A DNA stretch of 64,000 bases from Callorhinchus milii. Lineage: Eukaryota. Position numbers and translations under genes: made by a program. Of the stretch, positions 22,252-34,462 are shown one piece after another. Within the stretch, counting starts at the first letter, position 1. Every line of letters begins with the position of its first letter. The notes under the pieces are model-generated. The model saw only the letters and a list, made by a program, of their open reading frames with translations, was not told the origin of the DNA and searched no databases. The DNA lies in assembly GCF_018977255.1 (NCBI RefSeq), contig NW_024704742.1, positions 64,048,001-64,112,000 of the forward strand, written 5' to 3'.

Positions 22252-25078
22252 GCAATCCAACCTGATTTTTGGCAACATCCAAGTTTACATTTAGAAGTCA
22301 TCACACATTGCTGAAACTTGCAGACAAATGATAATACAGCTTTGCATCATGAAGCATTCATTAATAAGTTATCCATAGCCACACAACAAAAGGCTCAAAC
22401 ATGCTAATGATACATTCCTAAAGGTTATGTAAACTGATGTGCTTTCTTACATACCTCCTGCTGTACTTAGCAATGTTTTTTTCCACTAAAGTATCTATGA
22501 GCAATCACAAAGGTTTTTTATATTTTGAAGTTGACGATTGTTTTACATAAAAGCAGCATCAAAGTGTTGGATCAGTTAGCAATTATGGGAAGGTAAGATC
22601 TGCAATTTCAGTTAATGCTGGCTTGGAAAGTACCTTTGGAGCCAATGCCATGCTGAGACTTTGGAGTGCTTGCTCATAAAAGGAGATTAGAATAAAATTT
22701 GCGGTATTTCTCAGTTAAATTAGTTAACTTAACTTCTAAGGTTAGTTAATTTCCTAGATGTTGTGCCATGTCGTCCCCTCTGCTCCACCATCAGCACCCT
22801 GAAGCTTCAGAACTCTCTCCACCAACATATCTTGCGATTGAAGGGGAGTAAATACTGAACAAATCTACGCAAACACTATGCCAGTGAGCAAATAGTAAAA
22901 CCTGTGGAACAGGCTCCCTCGGGAGATGGTTGAAGCAGGAAGTGTTGATTCTTTCAAACACAGATTAAACTGTTTTCTTTTAGGAAATAACATTCTGGGA
23001 TATAGTACATAGATAGTTTGGGACATATGTGCATACGACCACTAGGAAGATGGAAGACAAACTAGATGGACCTTGATCTTTTTTCGTCTAGTATTTCTTA
23101 TGTTCTTATGCTCTTAATCCCTCTGCCTTGCCCCCTCCTTCCCCTCTTTTAGATCACAATTGAAGACCTTCTTCTTCAACAACAACAAGTTTCATTTATA
23201 TAGTGCTCTTCACACGACGTAGCTTCCCAGAAATTGGTAACAGACACCTCCTCCCTCCCCCCAGCTCAGCGTCATCCACTACTGTTATGCGCTATGAGAC
23301 GCTGCCCCGTGTGACGGTTGCTATATAAATGCAAGTTCTTGTCGTTGTTGTTAACACCGGCATTAGCTACCACCAGCAGGTGGAAACACAGCCGTCTGGA
23401 TAAGTGTTTTGCTTTTCCTTTACAAGTCCTAGGCTGCTATTTTCCAGTTTGATTTTCATTTTGTAAACTAAAGGCTCTATGTTGGGTCCTAAAGAATTTC
23501 TTTCCCATTGTTGATCTGCCAGTAAATGCCAAAATCCACACTCTCTTTGGTTAAAAATTAAATCTTAATTGATAGAACTACGCTGTGTGAAGGGCGCTAT
23601 ATAAATGCAAGTTGTTGTTTGTTGTTGTAGTTGTTGGAGCAGGCTAGACTCCATCAGCTGGGTTTGTTTTAGTGGTTACCCTGGTTACAGTTAGCCTGTT
23701 ACCTTTTCATTTTAAAGTGTTCTTTTATTTATTTACAGCAGGTGAACTTTCAATTTCTAACTTCTTCCGACTATACTGTTTGTACTTCACTCTCCCTGTC
23801 TCACCAGCCCTTGCTAAGCCTTCAACCACTATGCTCCCACTCTCAGGACCTCTCTCTCCAAATAGTTTCCGCCTTCTGCCTTCTCCTAAAACTTTCTAGA
23901 AACATATCTCTTTTTCCACCCTCTTGGCCCGAACACTCAAACTCTTCCTCCTTTCCTCCCTGCTCTGCCATCCCCATTGTCAGTGTGAAGCATGTTCATG
24001 ATGCACAATAGGTGAAGAGGTGTGAATTGTATACGTTACTTTGTGGACTGACCTAGCAGGTCTTTTCACTCACCAGAAAATGGCCCATTAAACAGGACAC
24101 ACAAAAAAAACATGTGTTCCTTCAAGTCTCCTCCTTCCAAAGCCATAACCTTACCAAACATTGTCTCTGATGTAACCAACTCAAACTCCTGGAAGGAACT
24201 TCTGTGTTGGTATTTCTAGATTTCCCCCTCCTCCCCACAAAAAAATTAAGAAAATATTCACAGTTTTGGGAAGCGCTTCACAGGATATATGGTAAAGTAT
24301 ATTTCATATTTTATACTTTTATACAATCAGCACCTTGAGACATCTTCCTGGTGTGAAAGGCACTATATAAATGTCAATTCGTTGTTGCTGGTGTAAAGTG
24401 GAGTGAATGTGTGTTTTGTTGGCAAACTCGGCAGCCAATTTGCACACAGCAAGGACCCATAAACAGCCATGAGGTGAGCCCCCAATTTTATCTGAGGAAT
24501 TGTTGGCCAGAACATTATGAGAAGTTTTTTCATTTTGAATAGTACCATGGGATCTTTAACGCCTGCCTGAACAGGTAGACAATGCCTTGGTTTAATGTTT
24601 CATCCAAAGGACAGGAAAGTACCAGGTTGTTCTCTCTCCTAGGTGTACAGCAGTTGATACAAAGGATTGGCAGAGTGAGATCTGAGCTATTTCAGCTAGT
24701 AAATGGGGCACGGCTTTCATAAGAGGGCACATGACCTTGATAACCATTGACAAGCACGATGATAGTACATGACCTCTCGTGGTATCAAACCTATCCCTTT
24801 GACTCACCACTTCCCTTGCCTCCTTCAAGTTCCACCTTAAGACTTTCCTCTTTGACCACACTATCGGCCACCTTCCCTCGACTCCCCCACTCCTTCACTC
24901 CCCTATCCCACACCCGCGCCCCACCCCCAGCCCTCACCCCCAGCTCAGGTGCAAACCCTGTAAAGTTCAGCCTCTTGGGACGTCTACCTGACACGAAAGG
25001 CACTGTGTAAATGTAAATGTCTATCGCATTGTATCAGAGCAGCCCTGATTCCCATTTGACATACAAGTCCTAAATCGT

Positions 25079-25399
25079 GGAGTCCTGCAGCTCAGTGGTT
25101 AGAGCACTCACCTTGCAAGCGAGACACCTGGGTTCAATTCCAGACAGGGCGAAACCTTGGGCAAGTTTCCTTACACCACACGCCTAATAAGAATCCCTCC
25201 AAAAACAAAACATTAATAAATTGGTCATTTTCAATCCACGACTGTTTGTGGGACATTGCTGTGCGCAATTGGTTGCCGCGTTTTGCCCACAAATATACGG
25301 TCAATTCACTTTACAGCATATTCTGTGAAGTGCTTTGAGACATCTAGAAGACATGAAAAGTGCTATATCTAATGTAAGGATTATTATTATTATTATTAT
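25079..25399 (+). mobile_element. SINE family A, short variant, full length
   Basis: GGAGTCCTGCAGCTCAGTGGTTAGAGCA head, GGTTCAATTCC B box, (TTA)n tail. Confidence 0.92.
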
Positions 25400-27099
25400 C
25401 CCACCCTTGCTGGACAGCGAAATCAACGGCAAACTGTGCGGTTTTATTATTTCCTCTTGACAAACTTTCAATTTCCGGATGTAAACCTTTCCATTAAAAT
25501 ATGTTTGATTTATAAAAAAGGTAGCTGTCTGGGTAATATATTTTAAGACCCGCACAATAAATGGTATAATTTTCTCATGCAAGCTGTTGTGTCTTGTCAC
25601 TTCAGAAGTACAGCTGATGTCTCTTCATGCAGCTAATGATACCATTAAACATTTCCATGAGAAGTACTGTTCAGTTTCCTCACATTGCAATGAGCCAAAT
25701 GAGGATATTGATTCATCAATTGCAATGAATTTGAAAATGATTATGATTTCCCCATCATCGAAACCAAAAGGGTACGTCTCATGATTGAGATGCTCTAACT
25801 TTAATGAATCAAAACTTTAAATATAATGACTACTTTTGGAACTATTGGATTCACCCTTGGAAGTTTTTGCAGTGAGTCTGATGGAAGTGAACAAAAGAAA
25901 ATTGTAGAAAGCAGCAGTTCAGCACATCCACACTGCCATCCATCAAAGACAAACATTTCACTTAAAGTTATAATAATAATCCTTCCATTTGATGCAGCAC
26001 CTTCTCACATTAAAGAAACGTCTATAAGGTTCAGTAACTGCTGATTTGTTGGCATTCATGGCAGTTAATTTTCACACAACAATGTCCCACAAACAGCCAT
26101 GAAGTGAGTGATCAGTTTTATCTGGGGAATTGTTGGCCCAGGACCCTGAGAGAAACTCCCTTATCTTTTCAAGCTGTGGAATGTGATTTTTAATGTCTCC
26201 GTAAACAAGCAGACGGAATCTCTCACAATGCAGAAAAATCTTTCATGTCAGGAAAATGTATCGAAGCACTTCGAGGATTTACTATAAAGTGTAGTGACTG
26301 TGTATTTTGGCGGAAACATCTATAATTGCCCTTTATAGATGTTTAACTTCGGGACATTGAACTCAGCTTAGCTCAGTTGGTTGCATTCTTGTCTCTAAGT
26401 CAAAAGGTTGTCAGTTCAAGTCCCATGTTGGGAAGTGAGACTTTGGATGAGAGTTTAAACCAAGTTCCCCTTTGTTCCTGTTCAGTTGGATGTTAAAGAT
26501 CCCATGGCACTACTCAAAAAGGAGTTTCTCTCAGTGTCACGGCCAACAATTTCCCCAAATACAATTGACTATTCACTTCATGGCTGTTTGTGGCACATCA
26601 TTGTGTGGATTTTGCTCCATCTGGGAAAGATAATGCTCAGTGAAAAAAGTCAATGCCAGTGCTATAACTTGGTTGATTCAATCGAGTGAGCAGATTAAAT
26701 TAAATGCTACCCTTAAAGTTTGGTTTGTGTCTATCCTCGGAATGCATTGAGGGGTGAAGGGATCATCTGCCTCTCACTACTGTGCATGGCTAAAGTTTAG
26801 CCTCAATGCAGAGCTATTTTCACCCTGATTTAATAAGCACGGTCTGTAAAGTGTCGCTCGAGGCAGTTTCCCCCTCCACGTTTAATTATAATGAACAAAA
26901 TTGGGAGTGGGCAATACATCCGCCCACTATCCCCATGTAACAGCAGAAAACCCTGACTAATCGCTTTGGATTCGTTCCTACAAATTCACTTAACCTGGTC
27001 AGGCTTATGAAATCCATCGGGAAATGTGACATTTTATATTAGCAGCTAGTGGAAAATCCCAGTCGGCTGTTTTTTTCTTTAGGATCGTAATAATCCTTA

Positions 27100-27460
27100 T
27101 AATAACAATCCTTGCATTTGATAATAGTTCCTTATTATGTCATTCAGACATCTCAAAGAGCTTCACACAGTATATTGTAAAGTGGATTAACTGTATTTTG
27201 TTGGCGAAACATGGCAGCCAATTGCACACAGCAGTGTCCCACAAACAGTCAGGGATTGGGTGACCAATTTTTTTTGAGGGATTGCTACCCCCCAGAAAGT
27301 GATCTGCCAATCAACTAACAACCGGGTTCCTATTTACTGCTCGGTAAACAGAGACGTGTGGAGTAAGGAAGTTTGCATAAGGTTTCGCCCTGCCCGGGAA
27401 TCGAACCCAGGTTTCTTGCTTGCGAGGCAAGTGTGATACCCAAAATGCTATGGGACTCCA
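27100..27460 (-). mobile_element. SINE family A, long variant
   Basis: Contains the extra GATCTGCCAATCAACTAACAACCGGGTTCCTA block. The head is diverged. Confidence 0.85.
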
Positions 27461-29049
27461 CAATGCATATGCAAATTTTAACCAGAGAAATTGATCCACA
27501 GATGTCAAAGGACTTCCGTTTCCAATCTGGTTAAATGGGATAAGTTAAGAATCCGGGCATAAATAAAAAAATTCCACCAACAATTTTTAACACAAATTTT
27601 GCTCATTGTTAATGAGGTTAGTAAAATTGTGTCTTCTGGCTTTTGCATAATGGTCAGCCTGAAGCAGCCCTGCACTTTCCAGTTGATTGGGCTGTACATG
27701 AATAAAATGTTTGACATAAATCTCAATGAAAGATCGCTCCATCAAGCGTTTTAAAAAGAGTTATCTGATGTTCTTTAAAGTTGTACGGATGGATGGTATT
27801 TCATTGTTGAAAGGTCAGTTGCAATATATTCTATGCACAGTGGTAATTTAATTTCACAACAGCGTCTGCTAGCGTTTTAAAGCCACGAATAGATCTTTCT
27901 CCTCCAATAATGTCATCATGCAGAGATAAAATACCCCAATACATATTGTACTGATGTTCTTACTTGAGCTGACCAACAGAAACAAAAACATATTTTAATA
28001 GATTAGATATTTATTTTTTAAAAATCCCATTTGTTCACAAGCTTTTTTGCTGCACCAAAATTTGTGACTTTTCATAACAGATTTTATAAAAGGGTAACTT
28101 GGAAGAACCAGGACACAAAGGCAATGATGGACTGAATAATTATAATAATAAACCTTGAATAATAATAATCATTGCACTTGATATTGCACCTCTCCTATTG
28201 GGACAACGTCTTCACAGGATTCACTGTAAAGTCTGTCGGTGATTAGGGCAGCCTGTTTGCACACAGCATTGTCCCACAAAGTGAATTACTAATTTTATTT
28301 TGGGACCATGATATTTCTTTCTTTTTTTGAGTAGTGCCATGGGATCTTTAACATCCACCTGAACAGGCAGATGGGGGTGGGGGAGATTGCTTTAAGATCT
28401 CGTCTGAAGATCGGTACCTCCAACAATGCAGCACACACTGTATATGCCCAGTCAATACACATAGTTATAATATATACTCAATTTTTACATACAAATATGA
28501 ACTGTATTGTATTGTACAGTAAAATCCTAGGAAACACAGCTTGATAACTCACTGTATCAAATGCTAGGATTATTATTATTTATCACAATTCACTTTGAAA
28601 TTGAAATGTTGCTAAAGTTCTGCAAATAGATTACAGGTGTGATATTTGTTGTGTTATTACATAAATGTCAGTAAACTTCAATAATCTCAGATATGGTTGG
28701 CATGGAAAAGCTGTATGTATTCCAACAATAGCAAGGAAACAGATTTGGCATAAACATAATTCAGCTGAAAAGCGTTTGTTAGAAACATTTATTGTGCAAG
28801 CCTTCATTTCAACTCAAAGAAGGCATACAAATCTTGTATAACTCTTTAAATAAAAAAAAGAAAACATCTAAGCAGAAATTCTGCCTGTAATTCTTAACAT
28901 TTCAGAGAGTGCAGAATTTTGGAAAATTCTTACATTCAGTCTTATTTTTGAACTCAGTTTTCCAACAGTTTTCAAAACTACAGAAGATCAACTCCCAAAT
29001 TAAAAATTTACCAAAAAACTGCACCCTCAGAAATGTAAGAAATTAGTTT

Positions 29050-29770
29050 TGAGATCAATGATGGGATGAGAGACTTCCATTTTGAGGAGAGTCTAAAGAA
29101 ACTGGGATTATTTTCCTTAGAGCAGAGAAGGAGAGATTTAATAATTGGTGTCCTGTAGCTCAGTGGTTAGAGCACTCGCTTTGCAAGCGAGAGACCTGAG
29201 TTCAATTCCAGGCAGAGGGCGAAACCTTGGGCAAGTTTCCTTACTCCACACAGAGCCTAATAATAATCCTCCAAAACCAAAAACAATAATAAATTGGTCA
29301 TTTTCAATCTACGACTGTTTGTGGGACATTGCTGTGCGCAATTGGCTGCCGCGTTCGCCCACAAATTTACAGTCAATTCACTTTACAGTGTGTTCTGTGA
29401 AGCGCTTTGGGACGTCCTTCCGACGTGAAAAGCGCTATATCAAATGCAAGGATTATTAATAGAGGTGTTTAACATTATGAGGGGCTTTGATAGAGTAAAT
29501 AAGGAGAAATTGTTTCTACTGGCAGGTGGGTTGGTAACTAAAGGACACAGACTTAAAATAATTGGGACCGGAGTGGGGGGGATGAGGAAAAAAATTATAC
29601 AGCAATTTGTTACGATCTGGAACAAACTGCTTGAAAGGGTGGTGAAAGCAGATTAAATGATAATTTTCAAAAAGGTATTGGATGTATACTTGAAAAGGAA
29701 ACATTTGCAAGACTATGGGGAAAGAGCGAGCGAGTGGGACTAATTGGATAGCTCTTTCAAAGAGTTTACG
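29050..29770 (+). mobile_element. CR1 3' fragment with a young family A SINE (29147-29458) nested inside
   Basis: The CR1 coding sequence GDLIEVFNIMRGFDRV is split at TTAATA, which flanks both sides of the SINE. Confidence 0.88.
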
Positions 29771-31008
29771 CACGGCACATCTAGATACTGCATATAGTTC
29801 TGGTCATGACAACATAAGGGGTCTGCACAGGTTCTGGATTCAGTGCATTAAAGAGGATGATCCCCAGTGTTAGAGGAATGAGCTATGAGCAACAATAGAC
29901 AATTAGACAGGCAGGGTGAAATCTTGGGCAAGTTTCCATTCTCCACGTGCTTTGAGGCGTCTAGAGGACATGAAAAGCACTATATCAAATGCAAGGATTA
30001 TTATTTTTATTAATATAAGCAAGGCTCTTCAGTTTTAAAAGAGGAAAACTTATAGAGGTGTGTAAAATTTTAATGAGACTGAAAAAGTGAAGAACTGCAC
30101 ACAGAAGTGTCGCACAAACAGTCGTGCATTAAGTGATCAAAATATATTTTTTTCGATGGATTATTACCCCCGGAAAAGTGATCCACCAATCGACCTGCTA
30201 GGTAAACAGAGACCTGTGGAGTAAGGAAACTTGCCCCATGTTTTGCCCTGCCAGGAATCAAACCCAGGTCCTCTCGCTTGCGAGGTGAGTGTTCTAACCT
30301 CTAAGCTACAGGACTCCATACTAAACACATGATTTTATCTACATTTTTATAGAATCATAGAATGTTAGAGCACAGAAAGAGGCCATTCGGCTCATCGTAC
30401 AGGTGTCGGTTCTTTGAAAGAGCTATCAAATAGTCCCACTTTCCCTCTTACTCCATAGCACTGCAATTTTTTCTTTTTTAAGAACCTATCTAATTTCCTT
30501 TTGAAAACTTCCACCACCCTTTCAGGCAATGCATTGCAGACCGTAACAACTTTCTAGATAAAAAAATACTTGAATTGATTTTCTATTATCCTTGTGGGAA
30601 AAAGTAACAATGGGAATAAATTAGCAAGATTTTAAGTAGTGGATGTGATAATTGCTGCTCAATATCACACAGTGACATTTAATGTGTCAAACACAGAAAA
30701 TTGCACCCCTGTCGTGCCCTCAGAAAGTTTTCGCCATTGTTCTGAGATGATCACAGAGACCATAGATTAGACTATACTCAGATACTTGAGTTATGTAAAA
30801 GTTTGTATCCAGTCTACGTGGGAAGCAGTGCTTCTGTGGAAGAAATGCACTTTGATCTGCACCAATTGTGCTTATCAGATTGGACAGCAAATATTTGCTG
30901 GGGTGTAATCTAATTATTTATCAAGTTGGATGAGTTAGCAGTAAGCAGTAATCATTAGTGAGTTGAAAATGAAATTGTTTCAGTGATTGTTAGGATTTTA
31001 CACATGAC

Positions 31009-31027
31009 AGCCGCCAGATGGGAGCAG
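31009..31027 (+). promoter_or_regulatory. CTCF-like motif
   Basis: CCGCCAGATGGGAG versus core consensus CCRSYAGRKGGCRS (one mismatch), in a repeat-free block. Motif match only. Confidence 0.35.
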
Positions 31028-31290
31028 TGATGTGAAAAACAACGCTTGCAGGGAAACTCAAGAGTAAGATCTTTTCTGTTTGATGTGTTTCATGGGATAA
31101 ATGGTGGAGATAGCAGCATCTGGCTGCCTTTCTAAGCAGCTTCGAAAGAATCCTTTGGGGAATTGGATGTGAAGGTTAGATTGCCATTCAGCGTTTCTGT
31201 TGAGGAATGAAGATCTAACCAGGCTCAGTTCCTTCTTAAAATGTGACTGACCATTAGTAAATGACCCTAAAGCCTGTCAGGTCACTCAGT

Positions 31291-31409
31291 CTGTGTGAAG
31301 ACTTATGCAATTAGATAACTGAAGAGAGCATATTAGGATTGGAAATAGGGATGTTTCAGACAGTTAAAAAAAATTTAAAGGCTCATTGAGCATTTAATTT
31401 CCTGACAAT
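31291..31409 (+). repeat. Left arm of ~120-bp long-range inverted repeat
   Basis: Reverse complement of 35281-35400: 5 mismatches in the first 60 nt, about 90% identity overall by hand alignment. Confidence 0.9.
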
Positions 31410-31899
31410 TGGTGTGATCCGCCAATCGATATTTGGCTCATGTGGAACATAAACACCAACATAGAACAGTTGAGCCGAATGGCCTGTTTCTGTGCTGTAT
31501 ATTCTAACGTATTCTACTGTATGAACTAGTCGTGAGGCTATATAAATTCAAGTTGTTCCTGTTGTCACATGCCAGCAGCCATGACATCCAGTTGTTCGGG
31601 TGAGCAAAATTGTTTTAGACGCAATTTAATTGTACATATAACAATAATTCTTGCATTTGGTACAATGCCTTATCAGACAATCGAAATGTCTCAAAGCGTT
31701 TCATGGGATTTTACTGTAAAGTGCAGTGACTGTCTGTTTTGTGAGTGTAAGTGATACAGTGACATTTGCTTCCACTAAATTCTGTCCTTAGTAACCTCCT
31801 GTACATCCACATTTTTATTTTTTTTGCTTGAGTAACGGGAAGATAAGTGGTGACATTTTTGCACAACATGGGAAAGTCAGAGAAAGAGACTGAACACAC

Positions 31900-34462
31900 A
31901 CACCCTTCTGTCAACCGCTCCCTCCACATAGGACTACAAAACGTCCGCTCCCTCTGTAACAAGGCCCTGGTCATCAACGATCTCATCCTTGATGAGAGCG
32001 TTGACATCATGGCCTTAATGGAAACCTGGCTCACCCCAGGCGACACCTTCCCCTCACGGAGGCCACACCACCCGGCTACACCTCCCACCACATCCCTCGC
32101 CCCAACCGCCGTGGCGGTGGTGTAGCCCTTATCTCAAGGACACCACTTGCCCTATCCCCCTACTCCTCTGGCTCTTTCCCCTCTTTCGAGCACCTCACCC
32201 TCTCCCACCCCTCCTTTCTCTCACTCAAAATCCTCCTCCTCTACTGGCCCCTTAAAACCTCTCCCACCTTCATCTCCGATATTTCAACACTTCTTACATC
32301 TCTCTGCCTCTGCTCTGATCGCCTCATCATCCTGGGTGACTTCAACCTGCACTTCACCCCTCCTGCTCCATCTCCTCAGACTTCTCTTCCCGGCTCTCCT
32401 CACTCAACCTCTCCCTCCACATCAACTCCCCACTCACAGTCACGGCCACCCACTCGACTTGGTGATCACCCGGGGCCTCAGTGTCTCGGATGTCACTATC
32501 ACCGACAAGGCCGTCTCTGACCACTACTTCATCTCCTTCACCACCTCCACCCCCCTCCCCACCTCCACCAGACCCACCACCATCTTCTACCGCCCCTGGA
32601 AGAAGTTACCCCCACAATCCCTAACCGCTGCCTTGGAGTCCTCTGAACTCCTCTCCCTCTGGCCTTCAACCCTCACTGACCCCTCTTCTCCTCTCACCCT
32701 CCTCCACAACACCCTCTCCTCCACACTCGATACTCTTGCCCCCATCACCTCCCGTACTGTCTCCTACTCTCGCTCCTCCCCTGGTTCACCACCCACCTCC
32801 GCTCACTGAAGAGCCAGGTGTGGGCCGCTGAACGCACCTGCGTCAAATCTGGCCTAACGGTCCACCGACAAATCTGGCTGGACCTCCTCAAAATCTACCG
32901 CTCCACTCTAGCCTCGGCCAAGTCGTCCTTCTACTCCAGGATAATCCTGGAGGCGAAGAACAACCCCAGGCTTCTGTTCTCCACCACATCCCGACTCCTC
33001 CGTCCCCCCGCCACCCCGCGCAGGTCATCTCCTCCAACCTTCACTGCGAGGAGATGCTGGATTTCCTTGAATCCAAAATCAAGGGAATTCGCTCCGCGGT
33101 CACTTCCCCTCCAACATCCACCCACCCCCACCCCCTCCCTCCCACACTCCGACTCCTACCCATCCTCCCCTACACACTTCGTACCCGTTTCCCCACCCTC
33201 TGTCACCAAACTCATCCTATCCCTGAAACCCACCACCTGCTCCCTTGACCCCATCCCCACTCCACTCCTTATCTCCCAGCTCCACCTCCTTGCCCCACAT
33301 ATCACAGACATCGTCAACCTGTCCCTCTCCTCTGGCTCTGTTCCCATTCCCTTAAAAACTGCCACCATCACTCCCACCTTGAAAAAACCCTCCCTTGATG
33401 CGTCGCAGCTATCAAGCTACCGGCCCATCTCCAACCTCCCCTTCCTGTCCAAGGTCCTGGAACGAGTTGTCGCCTCCCAGCTGCGCTCTTTCCTCTCCAC
33501 CCATTCATTATTCGAACCCCTTCAGTCGGGTTTCCGTGCTGCCCATAGCACAGAAACTGCCCTGGTCAAGGTCACCAATGACATCCTGACCATCTGTGAC
33601 CAGGGCTCCCTCTGCCTCCTCGTCCTCCTCGACCTATCGGCAGCATTCGATACGGTCGACCACGCTATCCTCCTCCACCGCTTGTCCTCCCACCTCAACC
33701 TTCAAGGCCCTGTCCTTGAGTGGTTTAGGTCGTACCTCTCCCACCGTCTTCATTTTGTTTCTACAACGGCTTTTCCTCCCCCCCGCACTGTCTCGGGCGG
33801 TGTCCCTCAGGGCTCTGCCCTCGGTCCCCTCCTCTTCACCCTCTATATGCTCCCCCTTGGTGACATCATCCGCAGACATGGGGTTAACTTCCACATGTAT
33901 GCAGATGACACCCAACCTTTCCTCCTCTACCCTCAACTCCACGACCACCGATGTCCTGACAGCTGACTGTCCGACATCGAGTCCTGGACGAGAGACAACT
34001 TTCTTCAGCTCAATGTGCGTAAAACTGAGGCCCTCCTGATTGGCTCACGTCAGCGCCTCCGCACCTCAGGCGCTGACAGCATCAGCATCCAAGGCTGCAC
34101 TCTCCACCTCTCAAAGCCGTCAGGAACCTTGGGGTTCTGTTCTGTTCCCCCGCCCCAATCGCCCTACCATCGGTGGCCGGGCCTTCAGCCTCTCAGACCC
34201 TAGGCTCTGGAACTCTATCCCCCAGTGCCTTCGCCGCCTCCTCCCTTTCCTCCTTCAAGGCCGGTCTCAAGACCTTTCTCTTTGACCGAGCCTTCAGCTC
34301 CCCACTCGACTCTCTACCCCCTCCTCGCTCCCTCCCTTCCCTCCCCTCACCCTGACCATTTCCCCCCTGCTCGGGTCCTGACCCAACTGTACAGCGCCTT
34401 GGGACGTCCTCCCGACATGAAAGGCGCTCTATAAATGGAATCTTGTTGTTATTGTTGTTGTT
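31900..34462 (+). mobile_element. Young L2 LINE, endonuclease plus RT, frameshifted, with an internal deletion near 34140
   Basis: [85 protein letters not shown] and MYADDTQ. Terminal stem-loop and (GTT)n tail. Confidence 0.96.

Noticed and set aside
22531..22592. 62-nt open exon candidate ending GAAG|GTAAGA
   Set aside because: Its phase is incompatible with the 25606 candidate and it is short enough to occur by chance.
25079..25152. tRNA-Ala-like genes at the start of many repeats
   Set aside because: These are SINE heads. They run directly into the SINE body without a proper acceptor stem or Pol III terminator and recur in more than ten copies.
29145..29459. Recurrent ~60-100 aa ORFs ending KRYIKCKDY as a gene family
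   Set aside because: Incidental translations of the non-coding SINE consensus.
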